Source of the DNA: an uncultured bacterium
GTDB lineage: Bacteria; Babelota; Babeliae; Babelales; Babelaceae
Direction: 5' to 3'
Length of the DNA: 64,000 nt
NCBI GenBank assembly: GCA_963713855.1
Contig: OY970209.1
Span: 1,344,001 to 1,408,000, forward strand
This document shows positions 62,421 to 64,000 of the stretch, piece by piece. Position numbers and translations under genes: made by a program. Numbering within the stretch: the first letter of the stretch is position 1; each line of letters begins with the position of its first letter. The notes under the pieces were generated by a model. That model worked only from the letters and a program-made list of their open reading frames with translations, did no database searches and was not told the DNA's origin.

Positions 62421-63872
62421 ATGAAAACAGATACCTTTATTTTATGCACGCTATTATCTATGTTAACAACTGTGATTTTATACGCTGGAGACCAATGTCC
62501 AATGCTTACGGGAAAAGTTGTTCGGCCGGGTGATTCTGAATATGACCATGCAAGACTAGTGTCAAACTATTACGCTTCAAAGAATAAGTATCCAGTGGCA
62601 ATTGTCTATTGCGGCAGTGCAAAAGACGTTCAAAATGCGGTGCTTTGGGCAAAGTGCCAAAAACTTCCAGTTCGAGTCAGAAGTGGCGGCCACAATCACG
62701 AAGGTTTTTCGACCGGAAATGGGGCACTCGTCATTGATGTCAGCAAAATGAAAGGAGTGACTATTGATAAAGACAGGATGCAAGCTCAGATAGAGCCAGG
62801 AATTACCGGGGGAGAGCTTTATACACTATTAGCTAAGAAGGGTTTTACACAAAGCGGTGGAACATGCGCTGATGTAGGTCTTTCGGGATTGGTGTTAACA
62901 GGAGGCATGGGACCTCTTTCGCGTATTAATGGATTGACGTGTGACAGCTTGATTTCGTTTGATATGGTAGGTGCCGAGGGTAACATTATACATGTTACTA
63001 AAGATAACGAGCACAAAGATTTATTTTGGGCAGCATGTGGCGGTGGAGGTGGCAACTTTGGAATTGTTATTTCGATGACGCTACATATTTTTCCCAGCAA
63101 TGAAGTGACATGGTTTAACATTGGATGGGATTGGTCACAGCCTGTAAACGAGATAATTAAAGGGTGGCAGACATTTTTTATGACCGATGATAAGCGCTGG
63201 TTTTCACATTTAGATGTGTGGGCAAAACCATTTCCAACGGTCAAGCTTAAAAAATTGCCCATCAAAGTAATTGGTATTTTTTACGGAAAACCCGAAATGG
63301 CTGAAGCGTTGCTCGAGCCATTATTAACCATCGGAAAACCTTCTAGCAAGATTATTAAAACAGTTGCCTGGCGTAAGGCGATTGAGGAATTTGAAGACTC
63401 CACAACAGTTTTTTTAACGGATAAACCAGAATATAAGTCTACTGGTGCCTTTGCAATGAAGCCTCTTCCAGATAAAGCAATCAACATTATTGTCGATACG
63501 TTACGTGATTCTCAATCGCCACTTCTTAATTTTTTGATGTTCTCGCTTGGCGGAGCTATTAAAGAGAAGACGCCAAATGAAACAGCGTACTTCCATCGCA
63601 ATGCCATGTATTTTCTGTGTTACTCCTCACAATGGTTAAATGAAAAGGATGCTACCAAAAACACCAACGAGTTATACACTTTAAGGCAACGTCTCCTACC
63701 CTATACTGAAGGTAACTATATAGGAAATCCCGACAGGAGCCATGTAGACCACCTTTCGACGTATTTTGGAAGTAATGCTAAGCGCCTGCGTCACATTAAA
63801 GAGAAATATGATCGGCACAATGTGTTCAAATTTGAGCAAGGTATTTCGTCTTTGGTAAAGCCAAGCACTTAA
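62421..63872 (+). CDS. Secreted FAD-binding oxidoreductase, berberine-bridge-enzyme-like
   Basis: RSGGHNHEG, GGTCADVG, GGGGGNFG, C-terminal BBE domain YIGNPD..YFGSN..KYD..NVF. Confidence 0.93.
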   Translation: MKTDTFILCTLLSMLTTVILYAGDQCPMLTGKVVRPGDSEYDHARLVSNYYASKNKYPVAIVYCGSAKDVQNAVLWAKCQKLPVRVRSGGHNHEGFSTGNGALVIDVSKMKGVTIDKDRMQAQIEPGITGGELYTLLAKKGFTQSGGTCADVGLSGLVLTGGMGPLSRINGLTCDSLISFDMVGAEGNIIHVTKDNEHKDLFWAACGGGGGNFGIVISMTLHIFPSNEVTWFNIGWDWSQPVNEIIKGWQTFFMTDDKRWFSHLDVWAKPFPTVKLKKLPIKVIGIFYGKPEMAEALLEPLLTIGKPSSKIIKTVAWRKAIEEFEDSTTVFLTDKPEYKSTGAFAMKPLPDKAINIIVDTLRDSQSPLLNFLMFSLGGAIKEKTPNETAYFHRNAMYFLCYSSQWLNEKDATKNTNELYTLRQRLLPYTEGNYIGNPDRSHVDHLSTYFGSNAKRLRHIKEKYDRHNVFKFEQGISSLVKPST

Positions 63873-64000
63873 AGTTTTATAGCCCTGCATTTTTGGAGAT
63901 ACAGCATTTTCAATTACACGGCATTCTATAGCAATTTGAGTTTGGTATTTAATAGACTTTTTTTCAGAACTTGCAAGTTTTACTTACCCGAACGAGGAGA

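Overview
This is an AT-rich bacterial chromosome segment. Its gene content suggests an intracellular protist parasite, most likely Candidatus Dependentiae/Babelota (TM6); this is inferred from many signal-peptide hypotheticals, ankyrin, Sel1, RING and pentapeptide proteins, and Phe-terminated beta-barrel paralogues. A small housekeeping core (DEAD-box helicase, ABC-F, rpmE-prfA, nupC, ppsA, msrAB, nhaA, mntH) sits among accessory genes. These include an AAA+/DUF4143 ATPase-nuclease with three 33-bp-phased promoter repeats and a deleted second family member, an orphaned higA behind a truncated higB, secreted eukaryote-like proteins (RING, J-domain/pentapeptide, kinase-like, ankyrin, Sel1), a three-gene cluster of tiny secreted peptides of which two are missing from the ORF track, and several flavoenzymes and hydrolases. 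A tnpB-only IS200/IS605 element (41700-42983) has ends that can be placed to the base, and it has replaced the C-terminus of a beta-propeller gene. At least nine genes are broken by truncation, nonsense codons or single-base frameshifts. Several intergenic regions fold into multi-stem structures that match no RNA family I recognise. I found no rRNA, tRNA or CRISPR array. All family calls come from reading motifs, not from database searches.
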